Below are positions 37,733-46,033 of a stretch of 64,000 nucleotides of DNA, piece after piece. The position numbers were made by a program, and so were the translations under genes. Source of the stretch: Gemmatimonas sp. (lineage in GTDB: Bacteria > Gemmatimonadota > Gemmatimonadetes > Gemmatimonadales > Gemmatimonadaceae). The notes under the pieces are model-generated. The model ran no database searches, was not told the origin of the DNA, and was given only the letters and a program-made list of their open reading frames with translations. Positions within the stretch are counted from its first letter, which is position 1, and the number at the start of each line of letters is the position of its first letter. The stretch lies in the NCBI GenBank assembly GCA_965279375.1, contig OZ257156.1:1696001-1760000 (forward strand), given 5' to 3'.

Positions 37733-39783
37733 TGACGTCTCTGACGAAGAGCACAACGAAGGTCCGCACGCGCGTCGTCGCATCGGCTGTCGTCGCACTT
37801 CCGTTGCTTGCGCTTCCCGCGGCGATGTATGCGCAGACGCCTGCCGTGGCCAAGGTGATCGTCACGCCCACGCCAGCGCGTGTGGTGGCTGGTGACTCGC
37901 TGCAGCTCAAGGCGACGGCGGTGGACGCGAGCGGCAACGTCGTACCCGGCGTGCGCATTCGCTTTCGTCAGGCCGCTGCACCGTTTGAAGGATCGGTGGA
38001 CAGCGTTGGGCTGGTGCGTGCTGGCGCGGTGAGCACCATTCCGGTTGTCGTGTCGGCCATTCAGCCCGGTGCCAAGCCAGTCATCGCGCAGCTGCAGATT
38101 TCGGTGGTGCCAGGTCCCGCCGCGACCATCGGCGGTCTGCCCGCATCGCTCAAGCTGGTGCGTCAGCAGAGCGTGAGCGTGACAGCGAAGGTCCACTCGA
38201 AAACCGGCGACGAGCGCGACGACGCCGTGACGTGGACGAGCAGCAGGCCCGCGGTTGCCACGGTGGGCAGCGACGGCTCCATCACTGCCGTCAGTGCTGG
38301 CACAGCGTCCATCACGGCGTCCGTTGGCGCGATCAAGCAGACCATCAACGTCGACGTCATCGCCACGCCCGTTCGTACGGTCGCACTCACGCCGTCGCGG
38401 CCCACCGCACGCACGGGTGACGTGATTCGCTTTACGGCGGTGGCCAAGGATGCGACCGGCAAGCCGATTGCCGGGCTGACACCCACGTGGGCCTTCTCTC
38501 CCGGCAAGGGTGAAATCGGAACCGATGGCGCGTTCGTTGGCTACGAGCCCGGTACGTACACGGTCTCGGCGCTGCTCGGCACGCAGGTGGCGCAAACCAT
38601 GATCACGCTCACCGCGCGCGACGTACGCCGTCCGGCCACGATGGTTGGCTCCGTGGTGCGCAGCGCCTTCGGCACTTCCGAAGTGTGGGTGCATCCCAAC
38701 GGCAAGGTCGCGTACCTCGGCACGATCCTCGGCGGTGATCGCGTTTACGTGATCAACGTGGCCGATCCCAGCAAGCCGACGATCGTCGACTCGGTGATGG
38801 TGAACGCGCGCACGATCAACGACATCATGACCTCCGAAGACGGCAAGGTCATGGTGATCACGCGGGAAGGCGCCGACAATCGCAAGAACGGCATCGTGCT
38901 CGCAACACTGGAAGATCCGCTGCACCCCAAGGTGGTCGGCGAGTTCACCGATGGTGTGACGGCCGGCGTGCACTCGGCGTACATCTACACGCAGCCAAAG
39001 TTCGGTATGCACGTGTATCTCACCAACGACGGCACTGGTGCGTTGCACATCATCGACATCAACGATCCGGCACACCCCAAGCAGGCCTCGGTGTGGAAGA
39101 CGCCGAGCAACGATGCTGGACGAACACTGCACGACATCGATGTGCGCGGTGGTGTGGTGTATGCGAGCTATTGGAACGATGGCCTCGTCATGCTCGATAT
39201 CGGCGAAGGGAGCAAGGGCGGATCGCCGTCCAATCCACAGGTCATCTCGCAGTACAAGTACGATCTCAACGCACTCTACAAGAACGTGGAGACCGTCGGT
39301 GGCCCGGGCTTCATTCGCGGTACGCATACGGCGTGGCGCAGCGGCAAGTATGTGTTCATCGCCGACGAAGTCTTCACGATGAAGGACATTCAGTCGCTGG
39401 AAGAGAAGCAGACGAGCCGTGCGTACGGACGCCTGCAGGTGCTCGACGTGAGCGACATCGCGCATCCCAAGTCAGTGGCGTTCTACGAGCCGGAGAACGG
39501 CGGCGTGCACAACATTTGGGTAGCGGGCGATACGCTCTACATGGGTGCGTACAATGCCGGCTTCCGCGCGTTCGATATTTCGGGTGAGCTGCGTGGTGAT
39601 CTGCGCGCACAGCAACGCGAGATTGCTGACTTCTATCCGTCAGACCCCAAGGGCTTCATTCCCAACAACACGATGACGTGGGGTGTGGTAGTGAAGAACG
39701 GCCTCGCCTACGTGAACGATGTGAATACGGGACTCGTGATCGTGAAGATCGAACCGAAGCCACCGGCCAAGGTGGTGCCGTAG
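37732..39783 (+). CDS. Exported Ig-like plus LVIVD-repeat beta-propeller protein (paralogue 2)
   Basis: Colinear with paralogue 1; TGATG coupling; signal peptide ending MYA-Q; same KVVP terminus. Confidence 0.82.
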   Translation: MTSLTKSTTKVRTRVVASAVVALPLLALPAAMYAQTPAVAKVIVTPTPARVVAGDSLQLKATAVDASGNVVPGVRIRFRQAAAPFEGSVDSVGLVRAGAVSTIPVVVSAIQPGAKPVIAQLQISVVPGPAATIGGLPASLKLVRQQSVSVTAKVHSKTGDERDDAVTWTSSRPAVATVGSDGSITAVSAGTASITASVGAIKQTINVDVIATPVRTVALTPSRPTARTGDVIRFTAVAKDATGKPIAGLTPTWAFSPGKGEIGTDGAFVGYEPGTYTVSALLGTQVAQTMITLTARDVRRPATMVGSVVRSAFGTSEVWVHPNGKVAYLGTILGGDRVYVINVADPSKPTIVDSVMVNARTINDIMTSEDGKVMVITREGADNRKNGIVLATLEDPLHPKVVGEFTDGVTAGVHSAYIYTQPKFGMHVYLTNDGTGALHIIDINDPAHPKQASVWKTPSNDAGRTLHDIDVRGGVVYASYWNDGLVMLDIGEGSKGGSPSNPQVISQYKYDLNALYKNVETVGGPGFIRGTHTAWRSGKYVFIADEVFTMKDIQSLEEKQTSRAYGRLQVLDVSDIAHPKSVAFYEPENGGVHNIWVAGDTLYMGAYNAGFRAFDISGELRGDLRAQQREIADFYPSDPKGFIPNNTMTWGVVVKNGLAYVNDVNTGLVIVKIEPKPPAKVVP

Positions 39784-39785
39784 CG

Positions 39786-40973
39786 ATGCGTCGCCTGTCT
39801 GCACTGATTGCGGCGAGTGCGCTGTCGTCACTTGGCGTCGGTGCGCCGCTGCTGGCGCAAATGCCGGCGTCGTCCGCGACACCGGCCGCGCCCACGCGCG
39901 ACTATCTCGTGCTCGTCGCGAGCGAGTCGGTGGATCGTGTCGCGCTCATTCGCTTCGGGGCCAACGGCGCCAAAGTCGAGCGCGAGCGATACGTCGGCTA
40001 CGTGCCAACCGAGGTCGTCGGTCCGCACGGCGTCGCGGTCTCCCCTGATGCCAAGCACTACTTCGTCACCACCGCACACGGCACGCCGTTTGGGCGTCTC
40101 ACCAAGTACAACGCTGAAACGAACGCGGCCGAAGGCAGCGTGATGCTCGGAAATTTTCCGGCGACCACGCAGGTCTCGCCAGACGGCTTCTATGTCTACG
40201 TCGCGAACTTCAACCTGCACGGCGAGATGGAGACGAGTGATGTCTCCGTAGTTGCGGCGGATGAAATGGTGGAGATCGCGCGCATCAACACCTGCACCAT
40301 GCCGCACGGCTCGCGCATCAATCGCGAGGGCACCAAGCACTACTCGGCGTGCATGATGGATGAGGAGTTGGTGGAGATCGACACGCGCACGCTCGGCGTG
40401 AGTCGCCACTTCTTCCTCACCAAGGGGAAGGAGATGGGCATGACCGGTGCGCCACCCGTGCGTGGCGCGGCCGCGCACGCCGGACACGACATGGGCGGCC
40501 ATGGCATGGAGCCACCCAAGCCCGGTGATGTCTCCTGCTCGCCCACCTGGGCACAGCCCTCGGCGGACGGCACGAAGGTCTGGGTGGCGTGCAACAAGTC
40601 GAGCGAGATCGTGGAGATCGATGCCGCCACGTGGACACTGACGCGTCGACTGCCAGCCGGGCCCGGCGTGTACAACCTGGGCATCACGACAGACGGCGCG
40701 AAACTGATTGCCACCAACAAGCGCGATGCGTCGGTGTCGGTGTTCGACGCAAAGAGTGGCAAGGAGCTGGCGCGCATTCCGACTACTCGCAAAGTCGTGC
40801 ACGGGATCGCCGTGTCCGACGACAACCGCTACGCGTTCATCTCGGTCGAAGGGATGGGCTCGGAGCCGGGCACAGTGGACGTGATCGATCTCACCTCGCT
40901 CAAGAAGGTCGCGAGTGTCGATGTCGGACAGCAGGCGGGCGGCATCGACTTCCTGCGGTCGGAGCGTCGCTGA
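39786..40973 (+). CDS. Exported YncE/YVTN beta-propeller protein, His/Met-rich
   Basis: GPHGVAVSPD, VSPDG.YVYVAN, MPHG, VHGIAVSDD repeats; HAGHDMGGHGM loop; signal peptide. Confidence 0.82.
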   Translation: MRRLSALIAASALSSLGVGAPLLAQMPASSATPAAPTRDYLVLVASESVDRVALIRFGANGAKVERERYVGYVPTEVVGPHGVAVSPDAKHYFVTTAHGTPFGRLTKYNAETNAAEGSVMLGNFPATTQVSPDGFYVYVANFNLHGEMETSDVSVVAADEMVEIARINTCTMPHGSRINREGTKHYSACMMDEELVEIDTRTLGVSRHFFLTKGKEMGMTGAPPVRGAAAHAGHDMGGHGMEPPKPGDVSCSPTWAQPSADGTKVWVACNKSSEIVEIDAATWTLTRRLPAGPGVYNLGITTDGAKLIATNKRDASVSVFDAKSGKELARIPTTRKVVHGIAVSDDNRYAFISVEGMGSEPGTVDVIDLTSLKKVASVDVGQQAGGIDFLRSERR

Positions 40974-40981
40974 ACGGACGA

Positions 40982-41074
40982 TGAAATGAGGCGCATTTCA
41001 CGATCGGGGTGAATCGTGAAATGTCGGGTTGCGGCGTGCTGGATTTGCGGATTGGTCCCAAGTGGGGATAGAAT
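40982..41074 (+). promoter_or_regulatory. Three TGAAATG boxes and a sigma70-like promoter upstream of a TonB receptor
   Basis: TGAAATG (40982), CATTTCA (40994), TGAAATG (41017); TTGCGG-N18-TAGAAT at 41045-41074. Confidence 0.55.
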
Positions 41075-41129
41075 CGCGATCCTGCCGCTCTCCAACGAGA
41101 GCCGCTCCCACCTTCCAGGAGTGTCCGAA

Positions 41130-43859
41130 ATGCACATTGGACGTTCGCGTTCCCTCAAATGCCGCACCGCCGCGCTGCTGGCCGGCCTGTGCGCTTCTGC
41201 GCCGTTGGCCGCGCAGACCACCGGTACGGTGCAGGGGAAAGTCACGACTGCCGGCTCTGACGATGGTCTACCCGGCGCTTCGGTGAGTTTTTCCGGTACC
41301 ACGGTTGGCGCGGTCACTCGTGCCGACGGTGCCTACCGCGTGGTCCTCAAGCCCGGCACCTACGAACTCCGCGTGCGGCTACTCGGATACTCGAGCAGGC
41401 GAGACACCGTTGTCGTTGCGGCGGGTGCCGCTGTCACGCGCAACTACGCGTTGTCCAAGTCGGCCACCCAGCTCGATCAGGTGGCGGTCACGGGATCGCG
41501 CGCGGGAGCGCGCACGGTGGTGACGAGTCCTGTGCCCGTGGACGTGCTCAATGCCACGGAGCTGACGCAGACGGGTCGCGTGGAAACGGCGCAGATGATT
41601 CAGGCCGTCGCACCGTCGTTCAACTTTCCGCGTCCCGCCGTTGCGGACGGAACCGACCACGTGCGACCTGCCACCCTGCGCGGACTCGGCCCGGACCAGA
41701 CGCTCGTGCTGGTGAACGGCAAACGCCGCTACACCAGCGCGCTGGTCAACAACAACGGCACGGTCGGTCGCGGTACGTCGGCGGTGGACCTCAATGCAAT
41801 TCCCGCGTCGATGATCGAGCGCATCGAGATCCTGCGTGATGGCGCCGCCGCGCAGTACGGCTCCGACGCGATCGCCGGCGTGATCAACATCATTCTCAAG
41901 GGCGCAGGCGGTGGCGGTGGCTCCGTTCAGACTGGCCAGTTCAACACCGATGTGCCAAGCCTCGGCAAACGCAACGACGGAGGCAACACGGCCGTCGGTA
42001 TCGACAACAGCGCGCGCATCGGCAACAACGGGTTCATTCACGGCGGACTCGAGTACCGCAACCGTGCGATGACCAATCGCAGCTTCGCCGACCCGCGCGT
42101 GCAGTTCTCCGCGACGGACCCTCGCGAGGCAACCGCGAATCGTTTCACGCACTGGTCAGGCGATGCGGCAACGGCCGATGTCGTCGGCATGTACAACGCC
42201 GGCATCAATCTCAATGGCGGCGCGCAGGTGTACTCGTTCGGATCGTTCGGACGTCGCGATGGCCGTTCCACGGGCTTCTTCCGTCGCCCGACACAGACCA
42301 CGCAGGTGGTGCGCTCCAAGTTTCCCAATGGATTCCTTCCCAACATCGGCAGCGAAATTCTCGACTATGCCGGCTCCGTCGGCATCAAGGGCGAGGCGAA
42401 GAAGTGGCGCTACGACGTGAGTCAGGTGATGGGTGGCAACTCCTTCAACTTCCTGATCAGCAATTCCGTCAACGCGTCGATGGGCGATCGCAGTCCCACC
42501 TCGTTCGATGCAGGTACGCTCGGATTCAAACAGGCCGTCACCAACCTCGACTTCTTCCGCGGCTTTGAAGCGGCGGGCAAGCCCTTGCGCGTCGCGACCG
42601 GCGCCGAAGTGCGGTGGGAAGGCTACTCGATCGCGGAAGGTGACAGCGCGTCGTGGATTTCCGGAGGTGAGCGTGCGCGAGACATCAACGGCAATCTCAC
42701 AACCGCGCTCGCGCTGCCGGGCTCGCAGGTGTTTCCCGGCTTCTCGCCCAAGGATGCGACCAATCAGTCGCGCACGGCGGTTGCGGCCTACGTGGATCTC
42801 GAGAGCGACGTGAGCAAGCAGCTGTTGCTCGGCGCGGCAGCGCGCATCGAGAACTTCAGCGACTTCGGATCGCAGGCAACGGGCAAGTTCACGGCGCGCT
42901 TCGCACCGTCGGAGAAGTTCGCGCTGCGCGGCGGTGCGGCGACGGGCTTCCGGGCGCCGTCGTTGCAGCAGAGCTTCTTCACCTCCACGGCCACGACGTT
43001 CTCCAACGGTCTGCCGGTCGACCTGCGCACGCTTCCTGTGGCCAGTCGCGAAGCACGGCTGCTCGGTGCACGTGATCTGACACCGGAAACGTCGATCAAT
43101 CTGAGCGCCGGCATCACGCTGCAGCCGACCAGTGCGTTCACGATCACGACGGACTACTACAACATCGCGATCAAGGATCGCGTCGTGCTCTCGGAGAATT
43201 TCCAGGGCGCCGCAGTTGCCAACTTCTTTGCGACGAACGGTTTTCCGCAGGTGAGCGGCGGTCGCTACTTCACGAACGCGATCGACACGCGCACGTGGGG
43301 GCTCGATGTGGTGGGCAACTACGGCGTGAATCTGGGCACGGCCGGTCAGCTGCGCTTCACCGCCGGCTACAATCAGAACAAGACGCGGGTGTCGCGCGTT
43401 GTCATCAAGACGCCACCGCAGCTCGCCGCGTTCAACGAGCAGCTCTTCGGTCGCGCCGAACGTGGCCGCATCGAAGTGGGTCAGCCGCGCAACAACCTGT
43501 TGCTGACGGGCATGTACGATCGGAAGCGCTTCTCGCTGACGATGCGCACGCAGCGCTTCGGCGAAGTGACGTCGATGGCGGCGTTGGCCACGGGCACCGC
43601 GCGTCAGGTGCCCGACCAGACGTACTCGGCCAAGTTCATCACCGATATCAGCGCGGCCTACCGCTTCTTCAATCGCGCAACGGTCACCCTGGGTTCGGAC
43701 AACGTGTTCGACGTCTATCCGGACCAGAACAAGGACCTGGGTGACGTGGCCACGGGCTACGGTGGTCAGGGCACGTTCGGCGTCTTCCGCTTCTCCGGCT
43801 TGTCGCCGTTCGGCTTCAACGGACGCTATGTCTACGCGCGGTTAGGCTTCAGCCTGTAG
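41130..43859 (+). CDS. TonB-dependent receptor with N-terminal carboxypeptidase-regulatory-like domain
   Basis: VAVTGSR, LRGLGPDQTLVLVNGKRR, IERIEILRDGAAAQYGSDAIAGVINIILK; terminal YARLGFSL; AGGAG RBS. Confidence 0.93.
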   Translation: MHIGRSRSLKCRTAALLAGLCASAPLAAQTTGTVQGKVTTAGSDDGLPGASVSFSGTTVGAVTRADGAYRVVLKPGTYELRVRLLGYSSRRDTVVVAAGAAVTRNYALSKSATQLDQVAVTGSRAGARTVVTSPVPVDVLNATELTQTGRVETAQMIQAVAPSFNFPRPAVADGTDHVRPATLRGLGPDQTLVLVNGKRRYTSALVNNNGTVGRGTSAVDLNAIPASMIERIEILRDGAAAQYGSDAIAGVINIILKGAGGGGGSVQTGQFNTDVPSLGKRNDGGNTAVGIDNSARIGNNGFIHGGLEYRNRAMTNRSFADPRVQFSATDPREATANRFTHWSGDAATADVVGMYNAGINLNGGAQVYSFGSFGRRDGRSTGFFRRPTQTTQVVRSKFPNGFLPNIGSEILDYAGSVGIKGEAKKWRYDVSQVMGGNSFNFLISNSVNASMGDRSPTSFDAGTLGFKQAVTNLDFFRGFEAAGKPLRVATGAEVRWEGYSIAEGDSASWISGGERARDINGNLTTALALPGSQVFPGFSPKDATNQSRTAVAAYVDLESDVSKQLLLGAAARIENFSDFGSQATGKFTARFAPSEKFALRGGAATGFRAPSLQQSFFTSTATTFSNGLPVDLRTLPVASREARLLGARDLTPETSINLSAGITLQPTSAFTITTDYYNIAIKDRVVLSENFQGAAVANFFATNGFPQVSGGRYFTNAIDTRTWGLDVVGNYGVNLGTAGQLRFTAGYNQNKTRVSRVVIKTPPQLAAFNEQLFGRAERGRIEVGQPRNNLLLTGMYDRKRFSLTMRTQRFGEVTSMAALATGTARQVPDQTYSAKFITDISAAYRFFNRATVTLGSDNVFDVYPDQNKDLGDVATGYGGQGTFGVFRFSGLSPFGFNGRYVYARLGFSL

Positions 43860-43877
43860 TCGTCGCTGGCAGACACC

Positions 43878-43913
43878 AACGAGGGCGCGTGCCATGCGGT
43901 ACGCGCCCTCGTT
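43878..43913. terminator. Bidirectional terminator-like hairpin
   Basis: AACGAGGGCGCGT...ACGCGCCCTCGTT 13-bp stem between convergent genes. Confidence 0.75.
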
Positions 43914-43939
43914 CTATCCGGTGCCCCTGCCGAAACGCT

Positions 43940-45658
43940 TCAGTACCCCTTGGCCAATCCAAATCCGCGCGGCTCACTCACGCCGCGCCACACGGTGCCG
44001 TCGCGGTGAATGCTTTGCACGGTTGCCAAGCCGCCCCACGGTGAACGCTTCACGGCGTGGCCGAGCGGGCGCATGAAGTTGGCGGCGCTATCTGCCCATG
44101 GAATGGCCTCCACCACGAGCGAATCCGGCACATCCTGGTGGTGGAACTGCGGAGCGGCCATCGCGTCGCCGATCGACTTGTTGTAGTCGAACACGCTGAT
44201 GATCAGATGCGCGACGGCCGTGATGATGTACGCGCCGCCAGCTGCACCCGTGACCAGCACCGGCGAGCCCGCCGAGTCGAGCACGATGGTAGGCGTCATG
44301 CTGGAGAGCATGCGCTTCCCCGGTGCGATCGCATTCGTCGATCCCTGCACGAGTCCCATTGCGTTCACCGCGCCCACTTTCGCGGTGAAGTCATCCATCT
44401 CGTCGTTGAGCAGAAACTGTCCGCCCGGCACGGTGAACGCGGCGCCGTAGCTTTCGTTGAGCGTCGTCGTGATGGACACGGCGTTCCCCTTCTCATCCAC
44501 AATGGAGAAGTGCGTTGTGTGGCGCTTGTCCTTGGGTGCCTCTGCTGCGGGGCTTCCCGACGACATCTCACCGATCTCTGCTGCCAGCGCGGCCGCCGTG
44601 TCCTTCGACAGGAACGACGCCACCGGGATAGTCACGAATGCCGGATCCCCGAGTAGGGAATTGCGACGCGCAAAGGCGCGACGCTCGGCCTCTGCCAGCG
44701 TGTGAATGGACGCAGGCGTGCGCCAACCCAGTGCTGCGACGTCCTTGCGCTCGAGGATGCCGAGGATGAGGCCGAGTGTGAGACCACCGGAAGAGACTGG
44801 CGGCATCGAGACGATGTGATGGCCGCGGTAGTCGAACTCGATGGGCGTGCGCCAAATCGGCTGATAGCCCGCGAGGTCTTCGTGTGTGATGATGCCGCCG
44901 CCCTGCTTCATTGCCGCAACGATCAGATCGGCCGTCTCGCCCTTGTAGAAGCCATCGCGCCCGGCATCGGCGATGCGCTGCAATACGGATGAGAGTTGCG
45001 GCGCGCGCCAGTTCTTGCCGATGGGAAGGAACTTGCCGTCTTGCAGAAAGAGCGCGGCACTGGCCGAGTCTTTCGCAAGTCGATGCGCACCATTCTCGTC
45101 GTCGTCACGGAACGCGGTGTCGATGGGGAAGCCAGTGACGGCGAGCGCCATCGCGGGCTTCACGAGCTCGGCCCACGGCTTCGAGCCGAACTTGCGATGC
45201 GCTTCGAAGAGTCCGGCCACGGAGCCGGGCACGCCGGCCGCGAGCGCGCCGGTGACGCTCTTGTCGGTGAGGTTGCCCTGCGCGTCCAGGTACATGTCGC
45301 GCGTCGCGGCTTTGGGCGCCGTCTCGCGGAAATCGAGCGCGACGCTTTGCCCGTTGATGCGCGCGACCATGAATCCGCCGCCGCCGACGTTGCCAGCGGC
45401 CGGGTACGTGACAGCCAGCGTCATCGCGACGGCGACCGCAGCGTCTATGGCATTGCCACCCTTCTTGAGCACCGCCAGTCCTGCTTCGGTAGCCAGCGGC
45501 GATGCGGAGACCACCATCGCCGAGTTGGCCGTCGCGACGACGGCCGGTCGCGCGAGCGACGACGAAGTGCCCCCGGTCGAGGTGTCGGCAGGGGCAGAGG
45601 CGGGGCCGCACGCGCCAAGGAGCGTGCAGGAGGTGAGCAGGATCGAGCGAGCACGCAT
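43940..45658 (-). CDS. ggt: Gamma-glutamyltransferase (lipoprotein)
   Basis: GGNAIDAA, GGGGF, DFRETAP, TTHFS (N-terminal nucleophile Thr), NDEMDDF and PGKRMLSSMTP motifs; lipobox LGAC. Confidence 0.95.
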   Translation of the reverse strand: MRARSILLTSCTLLGACGPASAPADTSTGGTSSSLARPAVVATANSAMVVSASPLATEAGLAVLKKGGNAIDAAVAVAMTLAVTYPAAGNVGGGGFMVARINGQSVALDFRETAPKAATRDMYLDAQGNLTDKSVTGALAAGVPGSVAGLFEAHRKFGSKPWAELVKPAMALAVTGFPIDTAFRDDDENGAHRLAKDSASAALFLQDGKFLPIGKNWRAPQLSSVLQRIADAGRDGFYKGETADLIVAAMKQGGGIITHEDLAGYQPIWRTPIEFDYRGHHIVSMPPVSSGGLTLGLILGILERKDVAALGWRTPASIHTLAEAERRAFARRNSLLGDPAFVTIPVASFLSKDTAAALAAEIGEMSSGSPAAEAPKDKRHTTHFSIVDEKGNAVSITTTLNESYGAAFTVPGGQFLLNDEMDDFTAKVGAVNAMGLVQGSTNAIAPGKRMLSSMTPTIVLDSAGSPVLVTGAAGGAYIITAVAHLIISVFDYNKSIGDAMAAPQFHHQDVPDSLVVEAIPWADSAANFMRPLGHAVKRSPWGGLATVQSIHRDGTVWRGVSEPRGFGLAKGY

Positions 45659-45861
45659 GAGGCAGGGGGCTGGGCGGAAGTCGTCGTGTTGGTGCGGTTG
45701 TCCCACACGAACCACACGAAGCTGGCCCCATTCACGCGTTCCCGAAAGGAAGCGAAGATGTGATACCCTGTGTCAACAGCGCAGGCGACGCTGCCGTCAC
45801 TGTCGTTCTCTCATGGCAGAGAGACTATATGCATTTATGCGCGGATGGTCCCTAGGACGGT

Positions 45862-45890
45862 TTGACAGCCTGTTGGAGCGCACGTAACCT
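45862..45890 (+). promoter_or_regulatory. Sigma70-type promoter for the susC operon
   Basis: TTGACA-N17-TAACCT. Confidence 0.7.
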
Positions 45891-46033
45891 AGGTCACCGA
45901 GTCACGCGTCCGTCACGAACGCATCGACTTTTTGCGTCGAAGGGATCCGGTTCCCACCAAGTGACATCAGCGCCATGACGTTCCACCGAACGTCCGCACG
46001 ACAGCTCGCTGATTACCACCACCCGGTACAGGC

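Noticed and set aside
35648..39465. 716-aa and 631-aa minus-strand ORFs
   Set aside because: Antisense shadows of the two LVIVD paralogues
45735..45754. GAAA-capped hairpin as a possible c-di-GMP riboswitch
   Set aside because: Lacks the conserved flanking motifs and second stem, and lies upstream of the predicted susC promoter
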